Shown: positions 32,601 through 42,880, counted from the first letter of the stretch. The stretch is DNA of 64,000 nucleotides from Paramoeba atlantica (GCA_977017575.1 CDRNVI010000019.1:62001-126000), one strand, 5' to 3'. The notes: generated by a model not told the origin, from the letters alone. Translations and numbers: made by a program.

Positions 32601-35600
32601 CTTATGCACAGTTATATCAAAGCATATGACACACATTATCAGGAGTTTCATACCTTGGCGGATCGGCACTTTTTTGAATATGATCTGATGTATCAGTGCA
32701 TCCAATGAAGCATGAGCAATATTCTTTTCATGCCCTTGCCTAAGTTGTAGATACAGCCGAAATACATAAGGAGCAAACCTCGCGCAAGACATGGATGTAA
32801 TTAGTGCACCACAATTTTCGATTGTTATTGTTGGTCTCTTGGACAAAAACATGGATAGTAAGTGAGCCTTTTCTTTTTGATGATTTGGCGAATATTGATC
32901 CAGAACAGATAAGGCGTGCAATACGCAAGTTATGTCGTGCGAGGGTACAGATGAATAATTGTATGCCATAATGCCAAGAGCAGCTTCCCACTGTGTAGAG
33001 AGAACCGATAGTGCTAATCGAAATACTTTTACAGAAATGCGAAATCGTGAAAGGACGGTGGGGTATGAAGGATGCTCGTAAACGAGCTTAAAAGTCCACA
33101 GAGCTATTTCCCAAGCACCCAGTTTTTTAGCCTGCAAAATAAAACTTTCAAAGTTGCAACGAATCCAATCCATTACATCTTTCCTCGCACAGAAACAACT
33201 AAGACGGTTTCGCAATTTATCAGTAATTTCGGATGCGCTGAAAAAAGAAATACATGTAGTTGTGTCATGTACTGCGGAATTCCTCCTTTTACCGTCACAA
33301 ATATAAGTACTAGACTCTTCAATGGCTACCCGATGCGCAATACAGTGTCCACTAAGAGCAGATTGCAAAACAACGTCGGCTTCACTAGAAGACAAAGGGT
33401 CCTGCAGCCACTTCCAAAGGAGACTCGGCAAAGCGGGTGATGAGAATTTTGCGTAACCGATTTTTATTAAAAGCGCTTCCCGAATTGCTGGAGTCGCATT
33501 TTCAGTGATTAGGTGAAGAACTGCGTCTTGTTTCTCGGGAACTAAAAATAGAAAGTGAGGTACAAGAGTGGACAAACATGAGTCTATTTCGGAAATATTT
33601 CGTCTTATAGCTAATGGAAACCGGTTAACTACGTCACCTAGTATAAATGCTAGCTCATGCGAAGAACTAGACTGTATTTTTTCAGCCATGCTTCGCAACA
33701 AAATTCTTAGCACCGACTGAGCTTCTAGCGTACTACTATTGCTTATATTCCACATTAGATATAGTGTGTGCAATTGTTTTAGAGAAAACACACGATTTCC
33801 GTGCCTCAATAGCTTTGTAAAGATATTCGCTGGTATTTCTCGTAAGAATAAAGTGGAAAGCAAATAGGCTTCATGATATGCTCCAATCTCAAGTATGCTA
33901 TCCACCTGTTTAATGACGGAATTCTCGAACTCGATTCGTAAAAGTTCAGTATCGCTTTGAGCATCAGTGACATTGCTGTCTAGGGCATCTAAAAATCGAG
34001 TTTTTTCGCAAGTTGATTCGTTCCACTGTAGTGCCGTACCGGAGGAGTATGACAGAGCACGGAATACGACTAAAGCTGATACCCAGTCCTGAGTTTTGGA
34101 TGCAATATTGCTCTGATCCACAATAGTAGATTTGAGGTTGTCACTATAACGAAGTCTAGCCTTCTTATCGTACAAATTATGTAATCGAGCCCTTGTTTGC
34201 CTTTCGCCAACATCATTTTCCCATATTTTCATTAAGGGCATAAAATATTCATGTATCGGCAGGTCATTAGGATTCCGTTTTCCCAACATCCATAGTGCTT
34301 CTCCAAAAGAGAAGCACAGTGCGTGCGCAATTAAGAGTTTCTTTAGAGGAGTGTTGTTGTCTAGGCGCTCGAGACATTCATGGAGATAAAAATAGAACCT
34401 GTTTCTGTCAAGAAGAGGAAGAACCGCAGCAACAACGGATGGGCACTCACGTATGGCCAAGCTACTGCCAAAATAAAGCTTTAAGGCTTGTAACCAAGCA
34501 TTCTCTGCCCGTAACGTACCGATACGAGTTTCTATGTTACTGCGCATGACATTAAGCTGACTGTCATACTGTAGTACGCAACGGGCGGCCAATTTGTAAA
34601 GAAAATTCAATTTATTTGCTATTTGTGCATCACATCTTATGTATTCTGCGCTTTCAGTGCGTATTATATCGTGCCTTGCTATGTGTGCATGACACAACTC
34701 GATTAGGGAATAGTAAGAATCAGTTCGCATTTCGTAAGCACATACAAGAGATTCTTTTGCGAACCAGCAAACGAAGTATATACTATCTGGCACCGTTCCG
34801 GATAATAGAAGAAGCGTGTCGAATACTAGTAGGAGATAATGTCGTGTCTGAACACTTGTAGATAATTTGTACAGCTTCGTAGCTTCAAGCCAGGATAGAT
34901 TCGCGAGGTATGAACTACTTCTGGCGTGATTTTTCATCTGGGGTATAATATAGCTCATGCAGCTTTCCACATAGCTTATCATGTGCTCAGTCTCACAACG
35001 TCCTTTTTGTATTTCACGCATAGCAAGTTGCAAAGCGTTTGTCCAGAGAGAATTCCTATGATAACTCCTTATAAGAACACTGCTGTGCATAAAATTTGGA
35101 TCTATGATAGTTCGATATAATTTCAAAGTAACATTCCACGGAGCATCCACGAATCGTTGATCAAACATCTCGTACAATATTCTCAGAGGGAACGCTTGAG
35201 CTATGGTATCCTTTGATTGCTGCCATGAGTGTCCGTGCATCCTGCCCCATAAATGTGTAGACGTCGAACTCTCCAGACCTTGAAGTGAACTACAAGCGCG
35301 ATACACAATGCCAAGAAAAAACAATGATGTCATCCAAGATGCAGATTGGAAATGTGACTGCGAATACATTAAAGCTTCGTTCACCCTCCTCGAACATATC
35401 CACAAAACCGCTATCGTTGGAGGACGTCTGGTAAAGTCTATCCGACATAGGACATTTGATGAGATGCTCAAAGCCCTCTGCCAAGGATGTTCGTGAGACA
35501 GAATATAAGCCAGCAAGACAAGCGTACCTGAGGAAAAGGTTCCTCGACGAGGCATACCCGACAAGCATTTCTCCCATGAAAGATTTGATCCGAGAATCCG

Positions 35601-35774
35601 GTTTCGAACAGAAAAATCATCGAGATTAAATAACTCCGAGTAATTGTTTGTGTCACTTGGTCTTAAAGACCCATTTTGACCCAATGCAGATATGTTACGA
35701 TTTTGCGAATAATGTACATCGAGATTATGTAAGCCAATGTTGTGTTTGTATCTCTGCAAGCATTGTTTCCACAT
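29649..35774 (-). CDS. Giant 2041-aa helical-repeat (PPR-like, W-x-x-A-L) protein
   Basis: More than 12 dispersed motifs such as PWQRAL, SWLEAT, AWLQAL, DWVSAL, AWEIAL, QWEAAL, MWQDAL, SWSESL, DWLSSL; all-helical composition. Confidence 0.65.
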   Translation of the reverse strand: MWKQCLQRYKHNIGLHNLDVHYSQNRNISALGQNGSLRPSDTNNYSELFNLDDFSVRNRILGSNLSWEKCLSGMPRRGTFSSGTLVLLAYILSHEHPWQRALSISSNVLCRIDFTRRPPTIAVLWICSRRVNEALMYSQSHFQSASWMTSLFFLGIVYRACSSLQGLESSTSTHLWGRMHGHSWQQSKDTIAQAFPLRILYEMFDQRFVDAPWNVTLKLYRTIIDPNFMHSSVLIRSYHRNSLWTNALQLAMREIQKGRCETEHMISYVESCMSYIIPQMKNHARSSSYLANLSWLEATKLYKLSTSVQTRHYLLLVFDTLLLLSGTVPDSIYFVCWFAKESLVCAYEMRTDSYYSLIELCHAHIARHDIIRTESAEYIRCDAQIANKLNFLYKLAARCVLQYDSQLNVMRSNIETRIGTLRAENAWLQALKLYFGSSLAIRECPSVVAAVLPLLDRNRFYFYLHECLERLDNNTPLKKLLIAHALCFSFGEALWMLGKRNPNDLPIHEYFMPLMKIWENDVGERQTRARLHNLYDKKARLRYSDNLKSTIVDQSNIASKTQDWVSALVVFRALSYSSGTALQWNESTCEKTRFLDALDSNVTDAQSDTELLRIEFENSVIKQVDSILEIGAYHEAYLLSTLFLREIPANIFTKLLRHGNRVFSLKQLHTLYLMWNISNSSTLEAQSVLRILLRSMAEKIQSSSSHELAFILGDVVNRFPLAIRRNISEIDSCLSTLVPHFLFLVPEKQDAVLHLITENATPAIREALLIKIGYAKFSSPALPSLLWKWLQDPLSSSEADVVLQSALSGHCIAHRVAIEESSTYICDGKRRNSAVHDTTTCISFFSASEITDKLRNRLSCFCARKDVMDWIRCNFESFILQAKKLGAWEIALWTFKLVYEHPSYPTVLSRFRISVKVFRLALSVLSTQWEAALGIMAYNYSSVPSHDITCVLHALSVLDQYSPNHQKEKAHLLSMFLSKRPTITIENCGALITSMSCARFAPYVFRLYLQLRQGHEKNIAHASLDALIHQIIFKKVPIRQGMKLLIMCVICFDITVHKISANEAQLIPSWLRKVQQKDLVSLKKECQRSANELAELESSFLSHCLSEIISVTMNPLDCLLDFVAFGIIPEVHDYENLYNRGFLKSGSQLPNAGQKEAAQPVKEVLRTALLYHRLRRSTWRACLDFNIPLPPLSVCDSPEHRKLKQHLEARNWKFIVDQTEQLVLGCSSSANIVIMAHKLSSCERAIMGYLREVVMILLDHKEITLCIKLCITAINFSSDQRLVACSLRTICGRGDCDLPGTSSLLLTALSMLFLRKSELENAEGRFDFSLNLTYSALNLAFFDLLSRNSECLLRNYEILKTVDVPWGSIPSDIIEKYFSVLKQAKKEKQQILVSTALPYGLLCKGVKVYASAKRMLHESLREILRCNISWKEAASLITTNYFPAPLDVLLERLMLSRVLVDTPHGSACFMWQDALTLVNTHAPGESDLLNDLWGSAYFCGAPWKIILSSFLSLSISRRSLKKWCQVLVNVSINRPGLIQHAFQIFAMDLSLQKGSRESNEVPRVGINCTDEIQADAQTELFYFHWSVGLQVLLKLPHPEKLLPTIAYSCLHSLMNSNKNKTVLALANWMHERVGKRFLTDHRVASLLRLCLHCRAPRISVDLSSKLIERSLDLKQEWWFSLQDIALQQDLLSTKKLSWRQCLNLLGRQETVRKEVKEALAAQLLTSISRISRDSWWIAVLLFAKNHSVVFENSSILLRWLNILTSSNWEYATRVMEHIKPLCSLGIRHRFLQLIMSQLLHTGKAQRALQIYEHYVDARGPQTDLMPVYMAAQEQSALLQALSHVNSATELCSLLSQTHWSWSESLRVLRSRKLVRLVDAKVVIVVLRKFHHGCVPALVKTFSALCHTFSSLMLSVFLLKQLKEIQIRAGTYAFWMCALTAAEFMLREKPALEESSAPMSLTGVSKTQAKVRNKIDIKLLASIVQLLLKNTEDWLSSLRIVKCLSATDTRLLLDTVESANMQNELRKHAHLWINSLSQIESR

Positions 35775-36079
35775 GCTGAGTACCTATTATGTTCTCTCAG
35801 ATGCCTCGATTCTCGGCATGTGTTTAATTTCCAAACTCGTCATTCAAGAAAAAGAAGCAACACGAATTCGCGATCATACCTGTTGTCGAGCTAGTGCAAA
35901 ATGTCCTTACGAGTACCCGCATTCAAGGCGCAGAGAAAACGCAGGGAGATGCATCCAATAAATGTACAAAGAAGTATCAGATCAATTATCGCCAACCATT
36001 TCATTGTATCAATTCGACATGTAGATTTGCAAACTATTTGTTCGCTGTAATTCTGTTGATAATATCAATAGTAAATGTT

Positions 36080-36484
36080 TTATCTCTTTTTGAAACAACC
36101 TGCCTCATACAAAATATAAATCATCACAACTAGTAATATGCAAAAACAAATGCCATATGCTATCATACGACTTTTCCCCAAGTTCTTTAGGGCGTAACGG
36201 ACTTGAGAGCCCAAATTATCCACCGACTGCTGTGTGTGTGATATTTTTAGCGTAGAATCTTGCAGTGCACGTCCTTGTGTGTGTAGTTCATCTTGAATTT
36301 GGCGCGCATTCTCATGGAGACGACCAACTCCAATTTCTATTCGATTTACAGCGCTATCTATAACGTCGTCTTGCTCTCGAAATTCTGAAAGAATATTTCT
36401 AGCTTCGAAGTGCTTAAAGGCAGACATTTGAGAAGGGCTCTTGAAATGAGATTCCGAATCAGGAGGTATGAATTCGCTTCTCAT
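36080..36484 (-). CDS. Qc-SNARE (syntaxin-6/8-like)
   Basis: EQDDVID....IE..V.RL.E.A.QI.DEL..Q...L heptad SNARE motif plus a C-terminal TM anchor. Confidence 0.8.
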   Translation of the reverse strand: MRSEFIPPDSESHFKSPSQMSAFKHFEARNILSEFREQDDVIDSAVNRIEIGVGRLHENARQIQDELHTQGRALQDSTLKISHTQQSVDNLGSQVRYALKNLGKSRMIAYGICFCILLVVMIYILYEAGCFKKR

Positions 36485-36733
36485 TAAATTTTTTTATTTG
36501 CACTTTGAAGCAAATTTGATACATTTTACAGAAATCAAATATCGTTGAATCAAACTTATAATAATTACAATAATCTGTCATGAATAAATTTTCATGTGAG
36601 TGAGCCCAAATACCGACCTACAATATCCTTTAGCGAAACCGTATTATCTAATTACAGTACCCTTTAAAAAACCGTATTGTTACCCACAAACTTCATCTAA
36701 AGAAATTTGCATCATCACATTTTATAGTAAAAT

Positions 36734-37534
36734 TTATACTATGACTGTAGAAGGGATAAAGCCTTCCACGTATTCGTCAATGTTATTTCCAAGTAAGTGT
36801 AATGAACGAAGATTGCGCGGAAGCTTTCGTAAATCCAAAACTCCTGAAAATCGGTTCTGAGCCAAACTTAGCTTCGTCATGCCTCGTGGCAAAGATGTCA
36901 ACTCGGGACAAGAGGATAAATCATTTCCATCCAATAGCAGCAGTGTGAGTGTATCGGGGAGAGTACGTAAATCTACGCTTCCATGAAAGTTGTTGCGAGA
37001 GAGCTGAAGCATTAGAAGGAGAGGTGGCAAGGCCTCAAGAGCTAAAGTCCCACTGAAGCGATTCGCGGAAGCGTTCAGAAGCGATATGCTCTGCGGAAGA
37101 TGCGACAGGTTGAGCGGCCCGTCCAAAACGTTGTCGTGTAGCCAGAGTTCAGAAAGCTTGGGGGGTAGTGTAGTGGTGTCCACAGAGCCCCGCAGTTGAT
37201 GACGGTAGGGATGCTCCGCGTTCACCAGTAGAATGCGAAGTGTCCAGGGCAGATATTTCCAAACGAGGACGCCTGAGAGATTGTGCCCCTCTATCTTTAT
37301 TACCACCTCTTCCGCATCACATATGACACCCATCCAAGAACACACAGCGGTGGAGGCAGACCATGAATCATGCTTGTTGTCAAGCTCCGCAAGAAGTTTT
37401 TCCATTTCTATTTGAGCCGGCAGCGTGGCACTCGAGATTTTCCCCACTCGTCGCCGTTTCTTCGGGTTATAACTATCAGCAAAAAGAAATCCAGAAGCTT
37501 GAAAAGTGGAAAACACCAAGATACCCGAAAACAT
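36734..37534 (-). CDS. Leucine-rich repeat protein with W-x-G-V-x-C cap
   Basis: CSWMGVIC cap, then about six LP..L..L.L..N.F.G.LDL repeats; hydrophobic N-terminus. Confidence 0.85.
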   Translation of the reverse strand: MFSGILVFSTFQASGFLFADSYNPKKRRRVGKISSATLPAQIEMEKLLAELDNKHDSWSASTAVCSWMGVICDAEEVVIKIEGHNLSGVLVWKYLPWTLRILLVNAEHPYRHQLRGSVDTTTLPPKLSELWLHDNVLDGPLNLSHLPQSISLLNASANRFSGTLALEALPPLLLMLQLSRNNFHGSVDLRTLPDTLTLLLLDGNDLSSCPELTSLPRGMTKLSLAQNRFSGVLDLRKLPRNLRSLHLLGNNIDEYVEGFIPSTVIV

Positions 37535-37694
37535 TCAAAAAAAGAGAAGAAAACGACTTCAAAAAATACCTTTTACTTTGTTTCTCGTCTCCTAACGTAA
37601 CAGGTAAATAAATTTGTGAATGTCGTATACCTCCCTCTTTTGTTAGCCCTACTTTATCTCACTCCAACATTGTTCGTCCGGCTTTTCCGCTTCT

Positions 37695-39857
37695 TCAAAT
37701 TGTACACAACTCTTTTGCAAGAAACCCCGCCGCCTGGCGCATCCATTCCGCCGGACGCACACTATTATGATCCCCCTCGACCCGTACCAAAGTACACTTC
37801 CCCCCATAACCCCTTCTTACTTTCTCACTATGCTCCACTGGCACCAACCCATCTTCAGTACCATGCACCATCATGCACGCACACCCACACTTCCTCGCAT
37901 CCTCCGCCACATCCAACTCTCCGAGCTCCATCCCCGACCGCTCCCTCAACGCATCCCCCAGTCCTCTCACCACCGTATCCCCAACCACTCTCGGAACCCA
38001 CCACGCCCCCAGTCCTGTACGCTCCAACACGAGTTGTTGTAACGAACAAAACACACTATCCAGGACCAACGCCCTCACGATCCCACCCCCTCCTTGCCCC
38101 CCCTCCCTCTCATCCCCCCCGTGCGGAGGACAGCCCCTCCCCTCCCCCCGTCCTCCCCCCCACCGGGCCGCGTACCTCACCGCGGTGGCTGCGCCCATAC
38201 TCCGCCCCCACAGCCCGACCCGATCCACCCCTTGCGCCCGCACGTACCCCACCACCGTCCCCAGGTCCCCCGCCTCGTGGTACCCCAGCGTGACGCGGTC
38301 CCCCGTGCTGGCGCCGCAGCCCGCAAAGTCAAAGCAGAGGACCGTGAGGGGGTGGTGGGGGAGGAGGTGGGGGAGCAGCGCGGTGGCCTCGCGGCGGGAC
38401 CCCGCGTTGCCGTGGCAGTAGATCACACAGGGGAGGGAGCGGAAGGGAGGGGGGGGAGTGGTAGTAGTCGTCGTACTCGTGTTACGCGGGATGCTCGTAG
38501 TAGGGGTAGTACTCGTGTTACTCGGGATATTTGTAGTAGTAGTCGTACTCGTGTTACTCGGGATATTTGCAGTAGGGGTAGTAGTCGTGTTACTCGGGAT
38601 ATTTGCAGTAGGGGTAGTACTCGTGTTACTCGGGATATTTGCAGTAGGGGTAGTACTCGTGTTACTCGGGATATTTGCAGTAGGGGTAGTACTTGTGTTA
38701 CTCGGGATATTTGTAGTAGGGGTAGTACTCGTGTTACTCGGGATATTTGTAGTAGGGGTAGTACTCGTGTTACTCGGGATATTTGCAGTAGGGGTAGTAC
38801 TTGTGTTACTCGGGATATTTGCAGTAGGGGTAGTACTTGTGTTACTCGGGATATTTGTAGTAGGGGTAGTACTTGTGTTACTCGGGATATTTGTAGTAGT
38901 AGTCGTACTCGTGTTACTGGGGATATTTGCGGTAGTAGTCGCACTCGTGTTACTCGGGATATTTGCAGTAGGGGTAGTACTCGTGTTACTCGGGATATTT
39001 GCAGTAGGGGTAGTACTTGTGTTACTCGGGATATTTGTAGTAGGGGTAGTACTTGTGTTACTCGGGATATTTGTAGTAGTAGTCGCACTCGTGTTACTCT
39101 GGATATTTGCAGTAGGGGTAGTACTCGTGTTACTCGGGATATTTGCAGTAGGGGTAGTACTCGTGTTACTCGGGATATTTGCAGTAGGGGTAGTACTTGT
39201 GTTACTCGGGATATTTGTAGTAGGGGTAGTACTTGTGTTACTGGGGATATTTGTAGTAGTAGTCGTACTCGTGTTACGCGGGATATTTGCAGTAGGGGTA
39301 GTACTTGTGTTACTCGGGATATTTGTAGTAGGGGTAGTACTTGTGTTACTGGGGATATTTGTAGTAGGGGTAGTACTTGTGTTACTCGGGATATTTGTAG
39401 TAGGGGTAGTACTCGTGTTACTCGGGATATTTGCAGTAGGGGTAGTACTCGTGTTGCTCGGGATGCTCGTAGTAGGGGTAGGAGGTGACGTTGTGGGAGG
39501 TGTCGTTGGGTTGTGAGTAGGATGAGGATGAGGGGTTGCATGAGGCGTTGTATTACGGGTTGTGTTACGCGTGACATGGGTATTAGTAGTAGTAGTTGTT
39601 GTTGTTGTTGTAGGAGGGGTAGGATGATGAGTCGTGTCAGGAGTCGTCAGGGAGGAAGAAGAGGAAGGGGTGGAGTGATACCAGGAACAGGCGAGTGTGT
39701 GGCCGTGTGGGTTGGTGAGGGTAAAGTCAGTGCGGGTGTACGACTGGGGGGAGCCGGGGAGATGGAAGGTGGGAGGAGAGAGGTCGGTAAGGTCGTAGGT
39801 GGCTCGTGGGGGGCGTAGGATGAGGTTGCAGACGGTGTCGGTGATGGAGCGGAGCAT
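37695..39857 (-). CDS. Alpha/beta hydrolase with large Thr/Ser/Pro/Asn repeat insertion
   Basis: RPPRA.Y, TNPHGHTLACSW, PCVIYCHGNAGSR, FDFAGCG.S.G, GRSMG (Ser), HG.ED (Asp), GDHN (His). Confidence 0.88.
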   Translation of the reverse strand: MLRSITDTVCNLILRPPRATYDLTDLSPPTFHLPGSPQSYTRTDFTLTNPHGHTLACSWYHSTPSSSSSLTTPDTTHHPTPPTTTTTTTTTNTHVTRNTTRNTTPHATPHPHPTHNPTTPPTTSPPTPTTSIPSNTSTTPTANIPSNTSTTPTTNIPSNTSTTPTTNIPSNTSTTPTTNIPSNTSTTPTANIPRNTSTTTTTNIPSNTSTTPTTNIPSNTSTTPTANIPSNTSTTPTANIPSNTSTTPTANIQSNTSATTTTNIPSNTSTTPTTNIPSNTSTTPTANIPSNTSTTPTANIPSNTSATTTANIPSNTSTTTTTNIPSNTSTTPTTNIPSNTSTTPTANIPSNTSTTPTANIPSNTSTTPTTNIPSNTSTTPTTNIPSNTSTTPTANIPSNTSTTPTANIPSNTSTTPTANIPSNTTTTPTANIPSNTSTTTTTNIPSNTSTTPTTSIPRNTSTTTTTTPPPPFRSLPCVIYCHGNAGSRREATALLPHLLPHHPLTVLCFDFAGCGASTGDRVTLGYHEAGDLGTVVGYVRAQGVDRVGLWGRSMGAATAVRYAARWGGGRGEGRGCPPHGGDEREGGQGGGGIVRALVLDSVFCSLQQLVLERTGLGAWWVPRVVGDTVVRGLGDALRERSGMELGELDVAEDARKCGCACMMVHGTEDGLVPVEHSEKVRRGYGGKCTLVRVEGDHNSVRPAEWMRQAAGFLAKELCTI
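38461..39480. repeat. Coding minisatellite, 36-bp unit x ~28 (IPSNTSTTPT[A/T]N)
   Basis: Unit gtagtaggggtagtactcgtgttactcgggatattt; the first and last units end in gatgctc. Confidence 0.97.
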
Positions 39858-40348
39858 GGGGGAGGGGTGCGGAAGGTTGTGTAGGTGGGGATTGGTGGCC
39901 CCGGTTGTTGTGCTGCAAGATTAGTGACCGTGAGGCATAAGGATTGTTCTTTCTAAATATCTTGGGTGAGACAAATACTATTTTAGATTTAGATCATACA
40001 GTATTAAATTGAAGTATTACAGTTTACAGATCAATAACGGATGAAATAAAAAATGTACCGAAGCAGAATTTACGGAGTCAGTGAACAAGCCAGAATTTTG
40101 TAGAAAAAACTTGTAATTACTCTTGAAGCTTGATGTACGAAACCCTCTAGTACATCTAGAAACGTTTTTTTAAAACGTTCGAACCCTTTTCATCGTTGAG
40201 CTCAAGTATCAAGCATTATTTTGGAATAAAAAAGATACGATAGTTCATGGAATATCTGTGTCGTACTAGAAAGCCGAGAACGGAATAAGTAATAACTAAA
40301 GGGAATAATAGACAAACACATAACAACCAACTAATTTCAAAAATTAGA

Positions 40349-41095
40349 TTACTCATCCAAACGGAGTTTCTTTACTTTTGGAGAGTTATCGTCGGAGCCC
40401 TCCTCGCTTTTTTCCTCATCAGATTCTTCGCTCTCAGTGTCATCCACAATAACGCTCTCCTTGCTAGAGGACTCACTGGACCCCATGTCATCTTCTGTAG
40501 TGGTATCGTCTTCCTCATCGCTCCCCACATCGGAGGAAGATGACGTGCTTTCCCCGTCAGAGTCTGCCACGTCGTGGTTTTCTCGATCCTTCCAGTTCAA
40601 CACGGACAGAGACGGAAGAAAGCTCCATACGGCCTCGCGGAATCCGGGTAATGAGGCCAGTGGGTTTTCGTCTAAATCTAGGATTTCTAGCTGCGCGCAC
40701 CCCCGCAGAGGTTCGAGAACCCGTTCTACTTGTTGCTGCGTATCTCCGCTGACATCGGAACCCAGACGGTTATTGCATATTTCCAGCTTCCGTAGCCCCG
40801 GAAAAATGGACGAAAAAGCGGAAGGTAGCGAAACAAGGGCGTTGTCGTTAAGATTCAGCTGAACAAGGTGAGGAAAACACAGAGAGGGCAAATCGCTAGG
40901 AATCTCGAGGGTTCGCAGAGAGGGCACCATAGCTACAAAATCCAAGTTACGTAGGTGAGTATACGGTGCAAGGGTCTCGAATCCTAGAAATAGACCCCCG
41001 CAAAAGCTCAAATGAGGGACCTCCGTCGGAGGTTTAGTGAAAGCCTGTGCGTTCAGTTGACGAAGAGAGTATTCGCGTTGAGCGTCTTCAGACAT
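40349..41095 (-). CDS. ANP32/LANP-like LRR protein with acidic tail
   Basis: L..L.L.DN, L..LEI.NN, L..LDL.ENP, LRRcap (FREAVW..LPSL.VLN) and a D/E/S-rich tail. First ATG at 41095 (track start is TTG). Confidence 0.75.
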   Translation of the reverse strand: MSEDAQREYSLRQLNAQAFTKPPTEVPHLSFCGGLFLGFETLAPYTHLRNLDFVAMVPSLRTLEIPSDLPSLCFPHLVQLNLNDNALVSLPSAFSSIFPGLRKLEICNNRLGSDVSGDTQQQVERVLEPLRGCAQLEILDLDENPLASLPGFREAVWSFLPSLSVLNWKDRENHDVADSDGESTSSSSDVGSDEEDDTTTEDDMGSSESSSKESVIVDDTESEESDEEKSEEGSDDNSPKVKKLRLDE

Positions 41096-41495
41096 GGCGA
41101 ATAAAATTAAAATACGAAGGCGAATGGTGCTTGAGTCGTAAAAAAAGAGTGTTTGCGCACTTGGTAAAAAACGCCTATAAGCCTTGAGCAAAACAGATAT
41201 TCTACAAAATAAAATAAATAGGCTTAATCAAACGTGATAAAGTGGTGGACGGGTAAATTAAACGGATACGAGTCGCTAAGATGCGCTAAAGGTAATTCAA
41301 TATCATAAATAAATTTAAAATTTATTTTGTACGAAAGAGTCTCTCTGTGAGTTCCTATTGCATTAATAAAATAATTCAAGACTCAAGAATGTCTATCATT
41401 CCTTTCATACCTGGTGATTCAAGCAGTGGTACCAGGATTTTGCGTTTGACGACGGGTTGTTAACCGATAGATACTATCGATTATACGATCGGGTC

Positions 41496-42095
41496 CTACT
41501 CGTGTACGGCCCCAGCGGAGGGCTGTGTCACGGGATCGGTGGAAGACTGTGTAGGTACCTCCTCCCGTGGAGCCCGGGGTGGGGACGGAAATATTCCTTC
41601 CATGGACTCCTCTTGACCAGTGCCCCAGTCAATAGCGGATGTGCGTACGGTGGGATGCGTCAGCAAAACGTTGCGCCCAATGTGTTCAATCTCAATCGTT
41701 TTTGGCATCCCTGCGGTGCTGGGGTCCTCGTTAACATTGGCATACGCGACCTGTACCCAGTACCCTACCCGGACAAATTCCTGATCTCGGTAGTTCAGGG
41801 TGACGAGGAGTAGAGTGACCCCTAGGATATCCCACGCCGGAATTAGCTCCCAACGCGGTGGCGGGACTTGTGCGACAAATTCGTTAGTGCCAACTCGCAA
41901 AGGCCCAATAAGCAGCTCTTCCAGCTTCTGGTCGAACGCATTGCTCTCACAGGAGCCAACCCAGACGAAGCGAACCTCTAAGTCATCCGGAAGGTCTTCT
42001 AGCACATCAACAGTGATACGGAACTGAAAGCTTTCACTGTACATTGCAGGATTCGCACTCTGCAATTCGACCTCCTTTAATTGTATGGATGCCAT
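41496..42095 (-). CDS. ASF1: Histone chaperone ASF1
   Basis: NPA.Y...F.F.IT, WVGSCES..FDQ.LEE...GP, DILGVTLLL.T..Y..QEFVRVGY.V; ATG at 42095. Confidence 0.93.
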   Translation of the reverse strand: MASIQLKEVELQSANPAMYSESFQFRITVDVLEDLPDDLEVRFVWVGSCESNAFDQKLEELLIGPLRVGTNEFVAQVPPPRWELIPAWDILGVTLLLVTLNYRDQEFVRVGYWVQVAYANVNEDPSTAGMPKTIEIEHIGRNVLLTHPTVRTSAIDWGTGQEESMEGIFPSPPRAPREEVPTQSSTDPVTQPSAGAVHE

Positions 42096-42880
42096 CTTCA
42101 AAAAAATAAACCAAGATAAGGTAAAATTATGAGTTCACATTTGCACAGATTTGTTCATAGATGTATGCCTTCCTTTTGTCATAATGCTTGCCATTTAAAA
42201 CTCATAGAATACGCTGCTTTATACTATATTTCACGCTCCTTTATACTTCGGCTTATACTGTGACTCCACCCCCCTTAATATACACATGTTATGTGCATAT
42301 AAACGTTTCTAAACGTTTGTGCATATTAAAGGGGGAGCCCAAACATTTCGCGACGCTCTTTCTTTCCTTTCATACTATGAAAGGATTGTACACTATGACA
42401 ATATAAATATAAATATACATATATGACAATATATGTGGAAAATTGCATTTCCAAGCACCAATTGTACACTATGACATAGTACAATTGGTGCTTGGAAATG
42501 CATTTTTTTTTGGCAATACCTGTTGCCCCACTTGTATTGACGGTTTACTGAGTCTTTTACTTATTTTTTACGTGCCGAATGTTTCCTTTCATTCTACGAG
42601 CTCTATTAGTAAATATCGAGGAAGTCTGGCTACCAGTGACGATGGGGAAGAAGAGGACACGTCCGTTTCGATTACGTTGAAATGCATCAGAAAGTTTCTA
42701 TTGGTAAAGAGCAGGATTGTTCCACCACGGTTTAAAGAACTGCAACAACGCAAAACAAATTCAATTTTACCATGGGCTTCACTTCACGAACTTGCTCTAT
42801 CCACAATTGTGCGCATATTAAACGGAGAGGGTGGGGTGTATATTAAATGGGGGTCACCGAACTCTGATAAAGACACCATT

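Noticed and set aside
38094-39577. Long alternative-frame ORFs (38094-39488 +, 38423-39577 -, 38458-39516 +)
   Set aside because: They are by-products of a 36-bp repeat lacking stops in four frames; only the 37695-39857 frame links conserved hydrolase motifs.
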